From positions 256,875 to 320,874 of the forward strand of contig CAWJAS010000001.1 in assembly GCA_963840935.1 (NCBI GenBank): a stretch of DNA of 64,000 nucleotides. Direction: 5' to 3'. The translations under genes were made by a program, and so were the position numbers. Source of the stretch: Candidatus Magasanikiibacteriota bacterium (lineage in GTDB: Bacteria > Patescibacteriota > Patescibacteriia > Magasanikbacterales > GWA2-37-8). The notes under the pieces were generated by a model, which was not told the origin of the DNA, ran no database searches, and was given only the letters and a program-made list of their open reading frames with translations. Below are positions 10,101 to 17,434 of the stretch, piece by piece; within the stretch, counting starts at the first letter, position 1; every line of letters starts with the position of its first letter.

Positions 10101-12919
10101 CAAATTCAAATAATACAGCTTTGGGTTATCAAGCATTATATGGGAGTAGAAGCGGTGCGCGCAATGTTGGTGTTGGTGTCCAATCGTTATATTCTTTGAC
10201 ATCGGGCAGTGACAACACTGCTCTTGGGTATAACGCTTTATATGGAATTACAAGTGGCTCATACAATGTTGGAGTCGGACCTTATTCTCTTTCAAGTATT
10301 TCCGGTACAACTATTACCAATAATACGGCAATAGGACAGCATGTTATGCGCGATGCGGTTGGCACAACCATGTATTATAATGTGGCAATTGGCTATGAAG
10401 CATTAAGATATTTATCAGTTTCCACGGCAACAGATAATGTGGCTATCGGCAGAGGCTCGATGAGTAATGCCTCCGGCACCCCAACAATAAATTACAATAT
10501 TGCTATCGGTCGAGAATCATTATTGAATACGGAAACTAGCGATAGTGTTGCTATTGGTGCATATGCTTTGCGTTATAATACTACAGGTGATGGCAATGTC
10601 GCGATTGGTTATGAAGCTTTGGAATTGAACGACACAGGCTCATATAATACAGCACTTGGTTATCGCGCTTTGGCTACTAATGATATCGCCATTGGTGGTA
10701 GTAATGTGGCTGTGGGTTATTCTGCGCTTGAAGACAGCTCAAACGGAGTGAACAATACTGCCTTGGGGTCAAGTGCGTTGTCAAATTTAACTTCGGGCAG
10801 TTACAATGTAGCCATTGGTAGCCAGTCTGGAAATGATGTGATATTTAGCACCGAGAATGGCAATACATTGATTGGCTACGCGACAGATATTCTTAATGGC
10901 GTCGAATATTCGACAGCTTTAGGCTATAGTGCAGTTGCAAGTACAAGTAATTCAATTTATTTGGGTCAATTAGGTAATGGTAATGGCAGGGTATTTTTTC
11001 CGGGAATATATGGCAGTGTGCCTGCAGCGACAAATTATGTTTGTATAAATCCAACAACCCGAGAAGTTGCCTATCAATCAACTGCCTGTGGTAGCTCCGA
11101 TGATAATTTAAAAATAAATGAAGAGAGTATCGCAGACGAGATTGATGTTTTAAATGCAGTCAAACAATTACGTGGCGTATTTTTTAATTGGGATTTATCT
11201 AATCCGGAAATGATGGGTGCGCCGTCAGATCGGCAGATTGGCGTAATAGCGCAAGAAGTTTTACCAATTTTACCAGAAGTAGTTGAATATAGCGAAGATT
11301 GGGGCTACTATTCGGTTGACTATCCCAAACTCACTGCTTTCCTCATCGAAGTCGCCAAAGCCCAGCAGAATATCCTCGACCCCATCACCGAGTCCATATT
11401 CATTAACACCACCACTCTAAACATGGCCTTTGGCTCATCTTCCACCCCATACAACCTGACCACCTATGGCAATCTGTCCTTCATATTACCTTCAGACTCC
11501 ACCTCAACTCACAAAATATCTTTTTCCAACACCGTTGATTTTGAATCTTCCGTCTCATCCACCCCCGACTCCCGCGCTTTCATCTTTAACGCTCTTAACT
11601 TTGATACCACATCAACCGACAAATACATATTATCTCTCCGTTCCAACAACAATCCGGTCTTTAGCGTCTCATCAAACGGCGATGTTCATTCCTCCGGCAA
11701 CATGTATGCCGCTTCCGCCGTCCTCGGCACATCCACCAACCCGGGTGACCTGGCAGAAAAAGTAGATATAAACCCCACGGAAACCGTGGAAGCAGGGGAT
11801 GTGATGATGGTTGACCCGGCCTCACCCGACAGATACCAAAAATCAAATCAAGCATACGAACCGACTGTGGCCGGCGTTATCTCCACGAACCCAACCATCA
11901 TTGTCGGCAACGGCAAAACCGACCAAACCGCTCCTCTTGCCATGGTTGGAAGGGTACCGGTCAAATTCAGTGAAGAAAACGGCGCAATACAAAGAGGCGA
12001 CCTCCTTGTATCGGCGAGCACTCCTGGCTATGCCATGAAATATGACCCGATTCTCGACAACTCCAGAAAAGTGGTCGGCATTATCGGTATTGCTCTTGAT
12101 AATTCCATGGAATCAACCAATGGTAAGATAATGACCCTTATCAGAACCGGTTGGGTCTACAACAAAACCCAAGCTGTCTCCAATCTTGAACAACAAGTTT
12201 ACTATGTCGCTTCAAGTGCCGGTGTTGACCTATCGGTTGACCCTGAACTCATGAATATTGAAACTACGAGCGAAGGATCTATCACCTACAACAGTGATAG
12301 CAACCTTAGTCTCAACAATTTCTCCATCACCAATGTCAAATCAATAATATCAACCAACAACAAATGGACCATAGATGAATACGGCCTCTTAATCACCAAA
12401 GTCATCACCGCTGAAGGAACTGAAAAGAATATCTACGGCATGACTTCTGAATCGGCGGAGATTACGCTGTCCGGCTCCGCCGAACTCATAAACGGTGAAG
12501 CAATAATTAACTTTGCCACCGATACACAGTGGTTGATTGATGAGACGCAAGAAATAAAAGTTATCCCAGCCTTAACTTCCGGTGATTGCAATGGAATATT
12601 TGTCAGCGAAAAATCATCTGCCGGCTTCACAATAAAGGAATTAAATAGTGGAACAAGTGCATCAACATTTGATTGGCTTGTGATTGCAAAAAGAAAAATA
12701 AATATTCAGGATGAAATAATTTATGAACCCACACCAACTCCGCCTATTGATGATACACCAACTACAACACCTTTGGTTGATTCTCCCACCACCACACCTC
12801 CAATTGATACATCTATCTCAACTCCACCAACAAGTACTCCATCCATAGACCCACCGACAACCACGCCTTCTGTAGAAGCCTCGTCTTCGCCAGATGAAAC
12901 AGCTATGGATGAATCATAA
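4127..12919 (+). CDS. Giant secreted fibre/adhesin-like protein of 2930 aa
   Basis: Uninterrupted 8.8-kb ORF. It contains a signal peptide, a Cys-rich cap, the RGVLLPRLTTTQRNA...EYY module, Hep_Hag/YadA-head-like repeats, large internal repeats carrying GAGTRMIWYPRKAAFRAG, an S74-type chaperone domain, a shared C-terminal module and a Pro/Thr-rich tail. Confidence 0.8.
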   Translation: MEKFEKQFKIRASIKSMMIFVFVFGIFVVFANSASATNWKPNPNQCPTTYNGQIGNPGEVMCGLNSGVAHWYDMTTLVGLVPAGNTTVNTGGGTYGGYVVDCDAFDASVPRCDNTGSFWCSPDATCNSAYRKTECIGTKWATDSGSSNCDVCQDNRWDCDTNNTCETADGASCTATLGGNNVPGTMNCVTGAGSCSDLGATLATCTCVPGVQYFQTGIQAQFATTSPLLWGTQYGTGDLINISSNDLSTTTFMVSNSGQVGVGLASAINTNVAFEVSSTNRGVLLPRLTTTQRNAILTPPESLLVYNIDNHQFEYYATSSWLAMGSGGGSFTETDPIWMTASGTLTTAHFATNTVSQWSNDAGYLTSYTTTSPAGINGQVQFNDNGAFGATNTLVWDNLLGSLSVGDNYTFLSGSRSFVQGLYSQATGTNSIAMGQYAQATNNFAVAIGGSSPVSSGNSSIAMGSGAHAYGNSSIALGNLASAENLSSVAIGYQTRSTGNYAVAIGGNTRATGLFSVAIGNNSTSSGNSSFVGGYNNDSSGNYSAVFGSDNINTGGDYAFISGDNNVNSGGLYSAIFGAYNTSTGQYSFIGAGLNSVASGINSVAFGRNLTVSGNYSFGVNAHGSNSYTLSQANTVALMGGNVGVGTTTPAYRLTVSGDFAVTGTIRVGNAMTPGTYGQLLMSTGTGAVWMSTSSLGLGGGGVTGSGTSTEVAFWSGTNSLSSSSSLYWNNTNGRLGINNATPEFALTIGNDGGIIATGTVGSGATLSTAGAGTRMIWYPRKAAFRAGYVNGTQWNDANIGEYSVAMGNGSRASGYGDIAIGTGVVASGGNSATAIGALNTASGDGAFALGRSMTVSGDYSFGVNVSTTGATLSQASTIALMGGNVGVGTTSPLFKLTIDGGIYSTGTFNAGETLSYSGAGTRMIWYPRKAAFRAGNVDSTQWNDANIGTYSVAFGEDTEASGDHGSTAFGTGSIASGDYGSAAFGSWTEASGQSSAAFNIATIASGNYSTAFGNTTVASGMTATAFGNGTTASGYISTVFGNSMTVSGDYSFGVNVGASASPVLSQANTIALMGGNVGIGTTSPQYRLTVAGDLAVTGTIRVGDTMASGTYGQILMSTGTGATWMSTSSLGLGAGTVTGSGTSTEIAFWSGTNSLSSSSSLYWNNTTGKLGINNSNPEFALTIGNDGGIIATGTYGSGTILTTAGAGTRMIWYPYGAAFRAGIIDGTQWNEFNIGHGSVAFGANTIASGAGSMAVGADTVASNASSFASGYGAVASGYVGSSIGLYTTSSGHYGSFSIGERTVASGNRAFAGGYYSIASGTATLAFGQNANALGNNSVALGQNVTTTLSSSNNFALGNNIIVSGNYSFGVNVSSTVATLAQANTIALMGGNVGIGTTSPPLKLTIDATVGSGGSEGIGIFGGNSTTVALGNYNSGGTYTGVLALYRSDYWGPTAMFSAGGSASLYGFHIGTSTIPSTISRFTVGSDLEFAISSDGDITRINDVPMSWPSSQGGVGTILQNDGSGNLSWEATSSLGLIDGEGSAGFVTLWNSSTTLSYDGDGMYWDGMDNRLGIGTTTPLGRLHMRTNISGDGIFLSNDVGKVASKLFLILDSDSYQSGKLSLLQNDVEKVSLVAKGNSYLTGGNVGIGTSTPETVLSVAVPGNNGIVLYGSTNGYQLAALASGAGNETGGLVLFTNNISQPSVSITGGVGGAITYFGTSTYRFGIATSSPLSGFTFVVAGTSSQRSILPETNLTYTLGDSSKRWNELWTGTANIGTSTWSLTTTGADRFGIFSGPSGTATETISILQDLGNVGINNISPSKTLDVNGSINIPSTDTTTDSGIIYMNSSRFIHSVGGTTNFYAGLGSANTNAISDYNTGIGGNALMNITSGDGANVAVGYNAGRSITTGAYNVGIGINNFYENGGGIIGNVAIGRHTMYSTQSNSSTAVGYAAMRNNTTGEGNVALGYYGLYANSTGNYNTAVGFEALATTTNSNNTALGYQALYGSRSGARNVGVGVQSLYSLTSGSDNTALGYNALYGITSGSYNVGVGPYSLSSISGTTITNNTAIGQHVMRDAVGTTMYYNVAIGYEALRYLSVSTATDNVAIGRGSMSNASGTPTINYNIAIGRESLLNTETSDSVAIGAYALRYNTTGDGNVAIGYEALELNDTGSYNTALGYRALATNDIAIGGSNVAVGYSALEDSSNGVNNTALGSSALSNLTSGSYNVAIGSQSGNDVIFSTENGNTLIGYATDILNGVEYSTALGYSAVASTSNSIYLGQLGNGNGRVFFPGIYGSVPAATNYVCINPTTREVAYQSTACGSSDDNLKINEESIADEIDVLNAVKQLRGVFFNWDLSNPEMMGAPSDRQIGVIAQEVLPILPEVVEYSEDWGYYSVDYPKLTAFLIEVAKAQQNILDPITESIFINTTTLNMAFGSSSTPYNLTTYGNLSFILPSDSTSTHKISFSNTVDFESSVSSTPDSRAFIFNALNFDTTSTDKYILSLRSNNNPVFSVSSNGDVHSSGNMYAASAVLGTSTNPGDLAEKVDINPTETVEAGDVMMVDPASPDRYQKSNQAYEPTVAGVISTNPTIIVGNGKTDQTAPLAMVGRVPVKFSEENGAIQRGDLLVSASTPGYAMKYDPILDNSRKVVGIIGIALDNSMESTNGKIMTLIRTGWVYNKTQAVSNLEQQVYYVASSAGVDLSVDPELMNIETTSEGSITYNSDSNLSLNNFSITNVKSIISTNNKWTIDEYGLLITKVITAEGTEKNIYGMTSESAEITLSGSAELINGEAIINFATDTQWLIDETQEIKVIPALTSGDCNGIFVSEKSSAGFTIKELNSGTSASTFDWLVIAKRKINIQDEIIYEPTPTPPIDDTPTTTPLVDSPTTTPPIDTSISTPPTSTPSIDPPTTTPSVEASSSPDETAMDES
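5400..5975 (+). other. Hep_Hag / YadA-head-like repeat region inside giant gene 1
   Basis: Repeated ..SIAMG..A.A.G..SVAIG..S.A.G.. units (e.g. NSSIALGNLASAENLSSVAIGYQTRSTGNYAVAIGGNTRATGLFSVAIG). Confidence 0.55.
5965..6555 (+). repeat. Copy 1 of a ~590-bp internal segmental repeat of giant gene 1
   Basis: The peptide YSFGVN...ALMGGNVGVGTT...GDFAVTGTIRVG...GAGTRMIWYPRKAAFRAG recurs at 7272-7860 with high identity. A shorter version lies at about 6700-6990. Confidence 0.6.
7272..7860 (+). repeat. Copy 2 of the ~590-bp internal segmental repeat of giant gene 1
   Basis: See copy 1. The peptide here is YSFGVNVGASASPVLSQANTIALMGGNVGIGTTSPQYRLTVAGDLAVTGTIRVG...GAGTRMIWYPYGAAFRAG. Confidence 0.6.
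11093..11380 (+). other. S74-type intramolecular-chaperone autoproteolysis domain, internal to giant gene 1
   Basis: The peptide SSDDNLKINEESIADEIDVLNAVKQLRGVFFNWDL...RQIGVIAQEVLPILPEVV...YYSVDYPKLTAFLIEVAKAQQ matches the SD(K/N)RLK...GLIAQEV..V.PE.V...Y..L..L.EA.K signature of the tail-spike/endosialidase C-terminal chaperone domain (Peptidase_S74). Confidence 0.6.
11546..12475 (+). repeat. About 930-bp block nearly identical to 25875-26795 in giant gene 2
   Basis: Direct nucleotide comparison shows only scattered mismatches across this block, whereas the flanking regions of the two genes are divergent. Confidence 0.75.
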
Positions 12920-12995
12920 TTGGTTTTGAAGAATATAAAAAACGCTTTTTTCGGCGTTTTTTGTTATATATTAGCCAAATTATTTGGGCATACTC

Positions 12996-13024
12996 TTGAC
13001 AAAAATCTAAAAATATGCTATATT
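12996..13024 (+). promoter_or_regulatory. Sigma70-like promoter (TTGACA-17-TATATT) upstream of the 13122 gene
   Basis: Consensus -35 hexamer, 17-nt spacer and a near-consensus -10. A strong SD (AAAGGAGG) lies 7 nt before the ATG. Confidence 0.55.
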
Positions 13025-13121
13025 ATGATGTTATTGTCATGATAATTTAAGGTTCATTAAAAATATTAAAATGTAACAAAATCAGTCTTAAGAGGCTGAT
13101 TTAGGAAAAAAGGAGGACGAA

Positions 13122-13637
13122 ATGTCGTTCAAGTCGATTGTTTTCTGTGTGGTGTTCACGCTCGCCATTCTTGGATGCCAGTCGAGCGCCAACTTTGAGG
13201 CGGGAGACGGAGATGATGGTTTCGAGTCGTACGTCTTCAACGCCCTGTACTTCGATATCGAGAATTCGCTGGTTTGGGAACTGGTTCCGTCGCACGAAAG
13301 CAGTTACAGCACTGCCATTTGGGCGGAAGCAGAGAAACACTGCGAGGATCTTCGGGTCGTAGGGGAGGAGGGCATTTACGAAGATTGGCGCCTTCCCACC
13401 ATCGATGAACTGCGCACACTCGTGGTCGGTTGCGACGAACCTTCGTGTCTGATCGAGGCTGGTACCGGTCCGAACGGCTGCTATTGGCCGGATGCTTTTT
13501 CCGGCGTTTGTGCCCGTTATTGGTCGTTGAGTCGGTGCGGTGAAGATAGCCGGTCGGCAGTCACATTTTCTTTTGCCAGAACGGATTGTTGGCCAGAAGA
13601 TCAGCCGGCAATCGTCCGCTGCGTCCGCGACCTCTAA
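13122..13637 (+). CDS. Short lipoprotein (171 aa) with a DUF1566/Lcl-C-terminal-like (C-type-lectin-like) domain
   Basis: Signal peptide with a lipobox (LAILGCQS). Motifs WRLPTIDELRTL, GCYWP and YWS are present, and the protein ends RCVRDL. The gene is GC-rich relative to its flanks. Confidence 0.75.
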   Translation: MSFKSIVFCVVFTLAILGCQSSANFEAGDGDDGFESYVFNALYFDIENSLVWELVPSHESSYSTAIWAEAEKHCEDLRVVGEEGIYEDWRLPTIDELRTLVVGCDEPSCLIEAGTGPNGCYWPDAFSGVCARYWSLSRCGEDSRSAVTFSFARTDCWPEDQPAIVRCVRDL

Positions 13638-13681
13638 CCATCCCGCCTCACACCCCGCTCTTTCCGCTCTTTCAACTCCCG

Positions 13682-13711
13682 CCCGCCGATATTCCATCGG
13701 CGGGTTTTTTT
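13682..13711 (+). terminator. Rho-independent terminator (cccgccgat-attcc-atcggcggg + T7)
   Basis: Perfect 9-bp stem followed by a T-run. The identical element recurs at 15405-15428. Confidence 0.7.
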
Positions 13712-13929
13712 ATCGTTAACTATTGACTTAATTCGCTAAAAATGGTATTTTAATATATTAAAAAATTCGTATTTTTATTATTCTAAGCGAAGTAAAAAAT
13801 ATAATTTTTTTTCTGCGCCTAGAATGATAATGATAGCTCGTTGAAAATATTAAAAAAACCGACACAATACTGTGCGTCCCCAAGAGGCGTTCGTGGGGGA
13901 TAAAGCATTCCCGAAAAAAGGAGTAGTTC

Positions 13930-15354
13930 ATGAAAAAAATAATGATAGTTCCGGTGATTCTTTTTGCAACTATTTTTTTTACCGCATGCGGTAAAAGCGC
14001 CCCGGTTCGCATCACTGATACCGATACCGAAGACGATGATTCAATCATCATTTCCGGCGCAATGCAGAAGGGTCCTTTTCTTACGGGAAGCACGCTCGCC
14101 ATTTCAATGCTTGATTCTGACGGAGAAGCAATCGGGCTTGATTATCAAACCGTTTCCGAGGATGATTTCGGCGCTTTTAGCACGACTGTTCAATCTGACG
14201 GCCCAAGTGAGTTTGCCTGTAGCGGAGTATACTTCAATGAAGTGGCCGACCGCTTGTCAGATTCGCATTCGCCTATAACCTTGCGAGCAGTTTACGACAT
14301 ATCGGATGAAAGCCAACACGAAGTCATTCTGAATGTGTTTACCCATATGAGCTCGGGCCTTGTTCTAAAAAGAATGGCTGAAGGCGAAACAATTGCGAAC
14401 GCAATAGCATACGCCGAGAACAAGCTTTTTGAAGAGATAGGTATCGTCCATCCGCTTGGTTCCTTGCAGGGCAATGGCACAAGCATGGATTTGGCCGGGC
14501 TGAATTCACCGGACAATCAATACATTGTTGCTTTGTCTTGTGTTGTCGCGAAGACCGCAGAACTCATGGCAGGTGATTCGTCCGAAGTGGATGAGCATCT
14601 CCGAGAGATGATTAATGATATTCGTTCCCAATTGGAAAACGATGAGATTATCTCTTCGGAGTACAAAGAATATCTGCGCGAGGCTGAGTCCGCTCTTAAT
14701 CCGATTGATGGATGCGTCGATAATTTGGCCGACTATATATATTACCAAGCGGGTGAGGTTGTGGAACTTCCCGACCCCGACCAATGTCTTGATAATGATC
14801 ACGACGGCACGGTTAACGCCGAAGATACAGATATTGACGGCGATGGAATTGTCAACGACGATGACGAAGCCCCATACAACATCAATATCGGCGGTGGCAT
14901 GTATTTTGATTACGCCACTAACCTGGCGTGGGAAAATATGCCAAAGAATTACAAAATTCTTTGGTCAGTAGCCAAGAATTATTGTTTGAACCTTGTCGTC
15001 TACGGTTATGATGACTGGCGCATGCCCGCTATTTCTGAGCTTCGAACTCTCGTCAGAGACTGTTCCAACACAGAAACAGGCGGTGAGTGCGCGGTCACCG
15101 ATAGTTGTTCGACCGTTAGTTGTTTTGATGAGATTGACTGCTTCGAGCCGTGTCCACAGGGTTCAGGCCCGGCGGAGCCGAACAACTGCTACTGGCTATC
15201 TGACCTTGGCGGTGAATGTAGCGCCGATATTCAATATTGGTCATATTCAGTCGCCGATGATTATAATGCTTGGATGATTGATTTTGATTACGCTTCAATC
15301 CATCTTGGTGATTACACCTATAACGGGGCTATCCGTTGCGTCCGCGACCTCTAA
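13930..15354 (+). CDS. Long lipoprotein (474 aa): paralogous N-domain, TSP3-like Ca-binding repeats and a DUF1566-like C-terminal domain
   Basis: Lipobox FFTACGKS. The N-domain is paralogous to that of the 28377 gene. DxDxDG repeats are present (DNDHDGTVNAEDTDIDGDGIVNDDDE). The C-terminus carries WRMPAISELRTL ... IRCVRDL. Confidence 0.75.
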   Translation: MKKIMIVPVILFATIFFTACGKSAPVRITDTDTEDDDSIIISGAMQKGPFLTGSTLAISMLDSDGEAIGLDYQTVSEDDFGAFSTTVQSDGPSEFACSGVYFNEVADRLSDSHSPITLRAVYDISDESQHEVILNVFTHMSSGLVLKRMAEGETIANAIAYAENKLFEEIGIVHPLGSLQGNGTSMDLAGLNSPDNQYIVALSCVVAKTAELMAGDSSEVDEHLREMINDIRSQLENDEIISSEYKEYLREAESALNPIDGCVDNLADYIYYQAGEVVELPDPDQCLDNDHDGTVNAEDTDIDGDGIVNDDDEAPYNINIGGGMYFDYATNLAWENMPKNYKILWSVAKNYCLNLVVYGYDDWRMPAISELRTLVRDCSNTETGGECAVTDSCSTVSCFDEIDCFEPCPQGSGPAEPNNCYWLSDLGGECSADIQYWSYSVADDYNAWMIDFDYASIHLGDYTYNGAIRCVRDL

Positions 15355-15404
15355 CCAATCCCGCCCCACCCCCGCTCTTTCCGCTCTTTCAACTCCCGCC
15401 CGCC

Positions 15405-15428
15405 GATATTCCATCGGCGGGTTTTTTT
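15405..15428 (+). terminator. Rho-independent terminator, a duplicate of the 13682 element
   Basis: The same hairpin and T-run. About 110 bp of the 3' end plus UTR is near-identical between the two genes. Confidence 0.7.
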
Positions 15429-15553
15429 ATCCCTAAAAAGCATCTTAATAAATTGTAATCAAATTGTGGATAACTTATAAATAATATCGAAAATAACACA
15501 AAAATGTGATATAATAATAATGTAAAAAACAAGCCGGCCAATAAAAAGGCAAC

Positions 15554-17434
15554 ATGTTTATGTTAAATTGGAAAAAGGCTAAATTCATTGCGCTAGCGAC
15601 CGTATTTTTTGCGTTGCTTTTTTTGGTATCTCCGGCAAAATCCGCTTTTAACCCTCAAATTAATTATCAAGGTAAATTAATGAATGCTGTTGGCCAGCCG
15701 GCTCCGAACGGCGATTATAATTTTAAATTTCAACTTTGTTCAGCCCCCGATAATTGCACCTCTCCGGTTTGGACTGAGACATATGAAAGTTCAAATAAAA
15801 TTACCGTCACTTCAAGTTTGTTCAGCGTGCTATTAGGTTCGCTTGAAGATTTTGACGGCGTTGATTTTAATCAAACTTTGTATTTGGAAGTTCAAGTTGG
15901 AGGAACGAGCACCCCGAGTTACGAGACATTATTACCCCGCAAAAAACTTGGCGCAGTCCCAGTTTCTTTTTACGCCTCCACTTCAACATACTCGAATAAC
16001 TCCGGCCAGCTTCAGGGTCAAACTTGGGCTTCGCCTGGCGCCATCGGAACAGACACCGCCACAACCGCGGTGTTCACAAATGCCACCACAACAAATATAT
16101 TGCGGGTAATCGGCAATTCATATTTCGGTACAGTGGCAAGCGGTACGTGGCAGGGGACGGTAGTAGCAAACACTTACGGTGGCACCGGACAAAATTCATC
16201 CGGCTGGACCGGGTTCGCCTATGTAACATCCGGTATCTGGAGTCCTACAACAAGCATTTCTTTATTTACTAACGACGCTGGATATTTAACCAGCTATACC
16301 GAAACTGACCCGGTTTGGACAACAGCAAGTGGTTCCCTAACTGTCGCTCATTTCGCGACTAATACAGTTTCACAATGGTATAACGACGCTGGCTATATCA
16401 CTTCATCCGCTACTACGTCGCCCGCTGGCAATGACGGCGAAATCCAATTTAATGATTCCGGCGCGTTCGGCGCGACCACAACTTTTGTTTGGGATAATTC
16501 TGCGGGGAGATTAGGTATAAACACAACCACGCCAGCCGGGAAAATTCATGTAGTAACCGGCGCGAGCGCTGAAATTACAATTGGCACCCCGTCAAATGTT
16601 CAGGTTACTCCTAATTACGCGTCAAAAAAATATTATACGGCGAACAGTTATTCACACAACATGCGAGTGTATGCTTTCAAAGACACATCTGCGGGCAGAG
16701 TTTATTCATCATCATATGATGACCTTGCGAGCGATTGGACAGACAATGGTTCAGCTGGTAAATACGACCTTTCCTGGACATGGGACGCTGTATCTGGGGC
16801 CAGTGGTTATCGAATTTTGAAATACGATACTTCGCATCCATATAATTATGATGTGTATAAAGATGTAGCCACGAATTCTTATACCGATGACAATGGTGAC
16901 GCATGGCTTTCTTCGCCGGTTATGACCCCGACTTCATTGTATGAATCCGGCAAGGCCTTAAGATTGGGTTATGACTCTGCAAATTATGTTGATTTTAATA
17001 TTAACAGCGACGCTTCTTTTGGCATGTTCAATAACGCGGGTACCGGCATATTGTATATGGATGAAGACGGAAAAATTGCCGTTGATAGTACTGATCCGTT
17101 GGCGCAATTTTATGTCGGCGGTACCGGGGACATAATTGCCGAGGGTATTTTTGACAATGAGGATAGCTTGGGTGTTTCCGGTGCTGGCACCAGAATGATG
17201 TGGTATCCGGAAAAAGCGGCATTCAGAGCGGGGCGCGTTACAGGAGATGATTGGGATGATGCAAATATTGGTGATTATTCAGCAGTTTTCGGAATGGAAA
17301 ACTTGGCATTAGGTGAAGCGTCTTTTATTGCCGGATCATCAAATGAAGATGCCGGTGCGGGTAATGCAGTATTTGGGACAATGAATACTGCTAATGGATA
17401 TTATTCAATCGTTGCTGGCTTGGAAATAGTATAA
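15554..17434 (+). CDS. N-terminal segment (626 aa) of giant fibre gene 2, ending at an in-frame TAA
   Basis: Signal peptide. The N-module is shared with the 1205 gene, and the DPVWTTASGSLTVAHFATNTVSQW... module is shared with gene 1. The reading frame continues in the same frame immediately after the TAA at 17432. Confidence 0.65.
   Translation: MFMLNWKKAKFIALATVFFALLFLVSPAKSAFNPQINYQGKLMNAVGQPAPNGDYNFKFQLCSAPDNCTSPVWTETYESSNKITVTSSLFSVLLGSLEDFDGVDFNQTLYLEVQVGGTSTPSYETLLPRKKLGAVPVSFYASTSTYSNNSGQLQGQTWASPGAIGTDTATTAVFTNATTTNILRVIGNSYFGTVASGTWQGTVVANTYGGTGQNSSGWTGFAYVTSGIWSPTTSISLFTNDAGYLTSYTETDPVWTTASGSLTVAHFATNTVSQWYNDAGYITSSATTSPAGNDGEIQFNDSGAFGATTTFVWDNSAGRLGINTTTPAGKIHVVTGASAEITIGTPSNVQVTPNYASKKYYTANSYSHNMRVYAFKDTSAGRVYSSSYDDLASDWTDNGSAGKYDLSWTWDAVSGASGYRILKYDTSHPYNYDVYKDVATNSYTDDNGDAWLSSPVMTPTSLYESGKALRLGYDSANYVDFNINSDASFGMFNNAGTGILYMDEDGKIAVDSTDPLAQFYVGGTGDIIAEGIFDNEDSLGVSGAGTRMMWYPEKAAFRAGRVTGDDWDDANIGDYSAVFGMENLALGEASFIAGSSNEDAGAGNAVFGTMNTANGYYSIVAGLEIV

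Noticed and set aside
13101-13697. A 198-aa ORF on the minus strand that fully overlaps the 13122 DUF1566 gene, plus many other 60-170-aa antisense or out-of-frame ORFs inside the giant genes, groEL, uvrA, leuS and others
   Set aside because: These are shadow ORFs. GC-rich or repeat-rich coding sequence routinely yields long stop-free antisense frames. The sense-strand genes have clear domain content, signal peptides, promoters and RBS.
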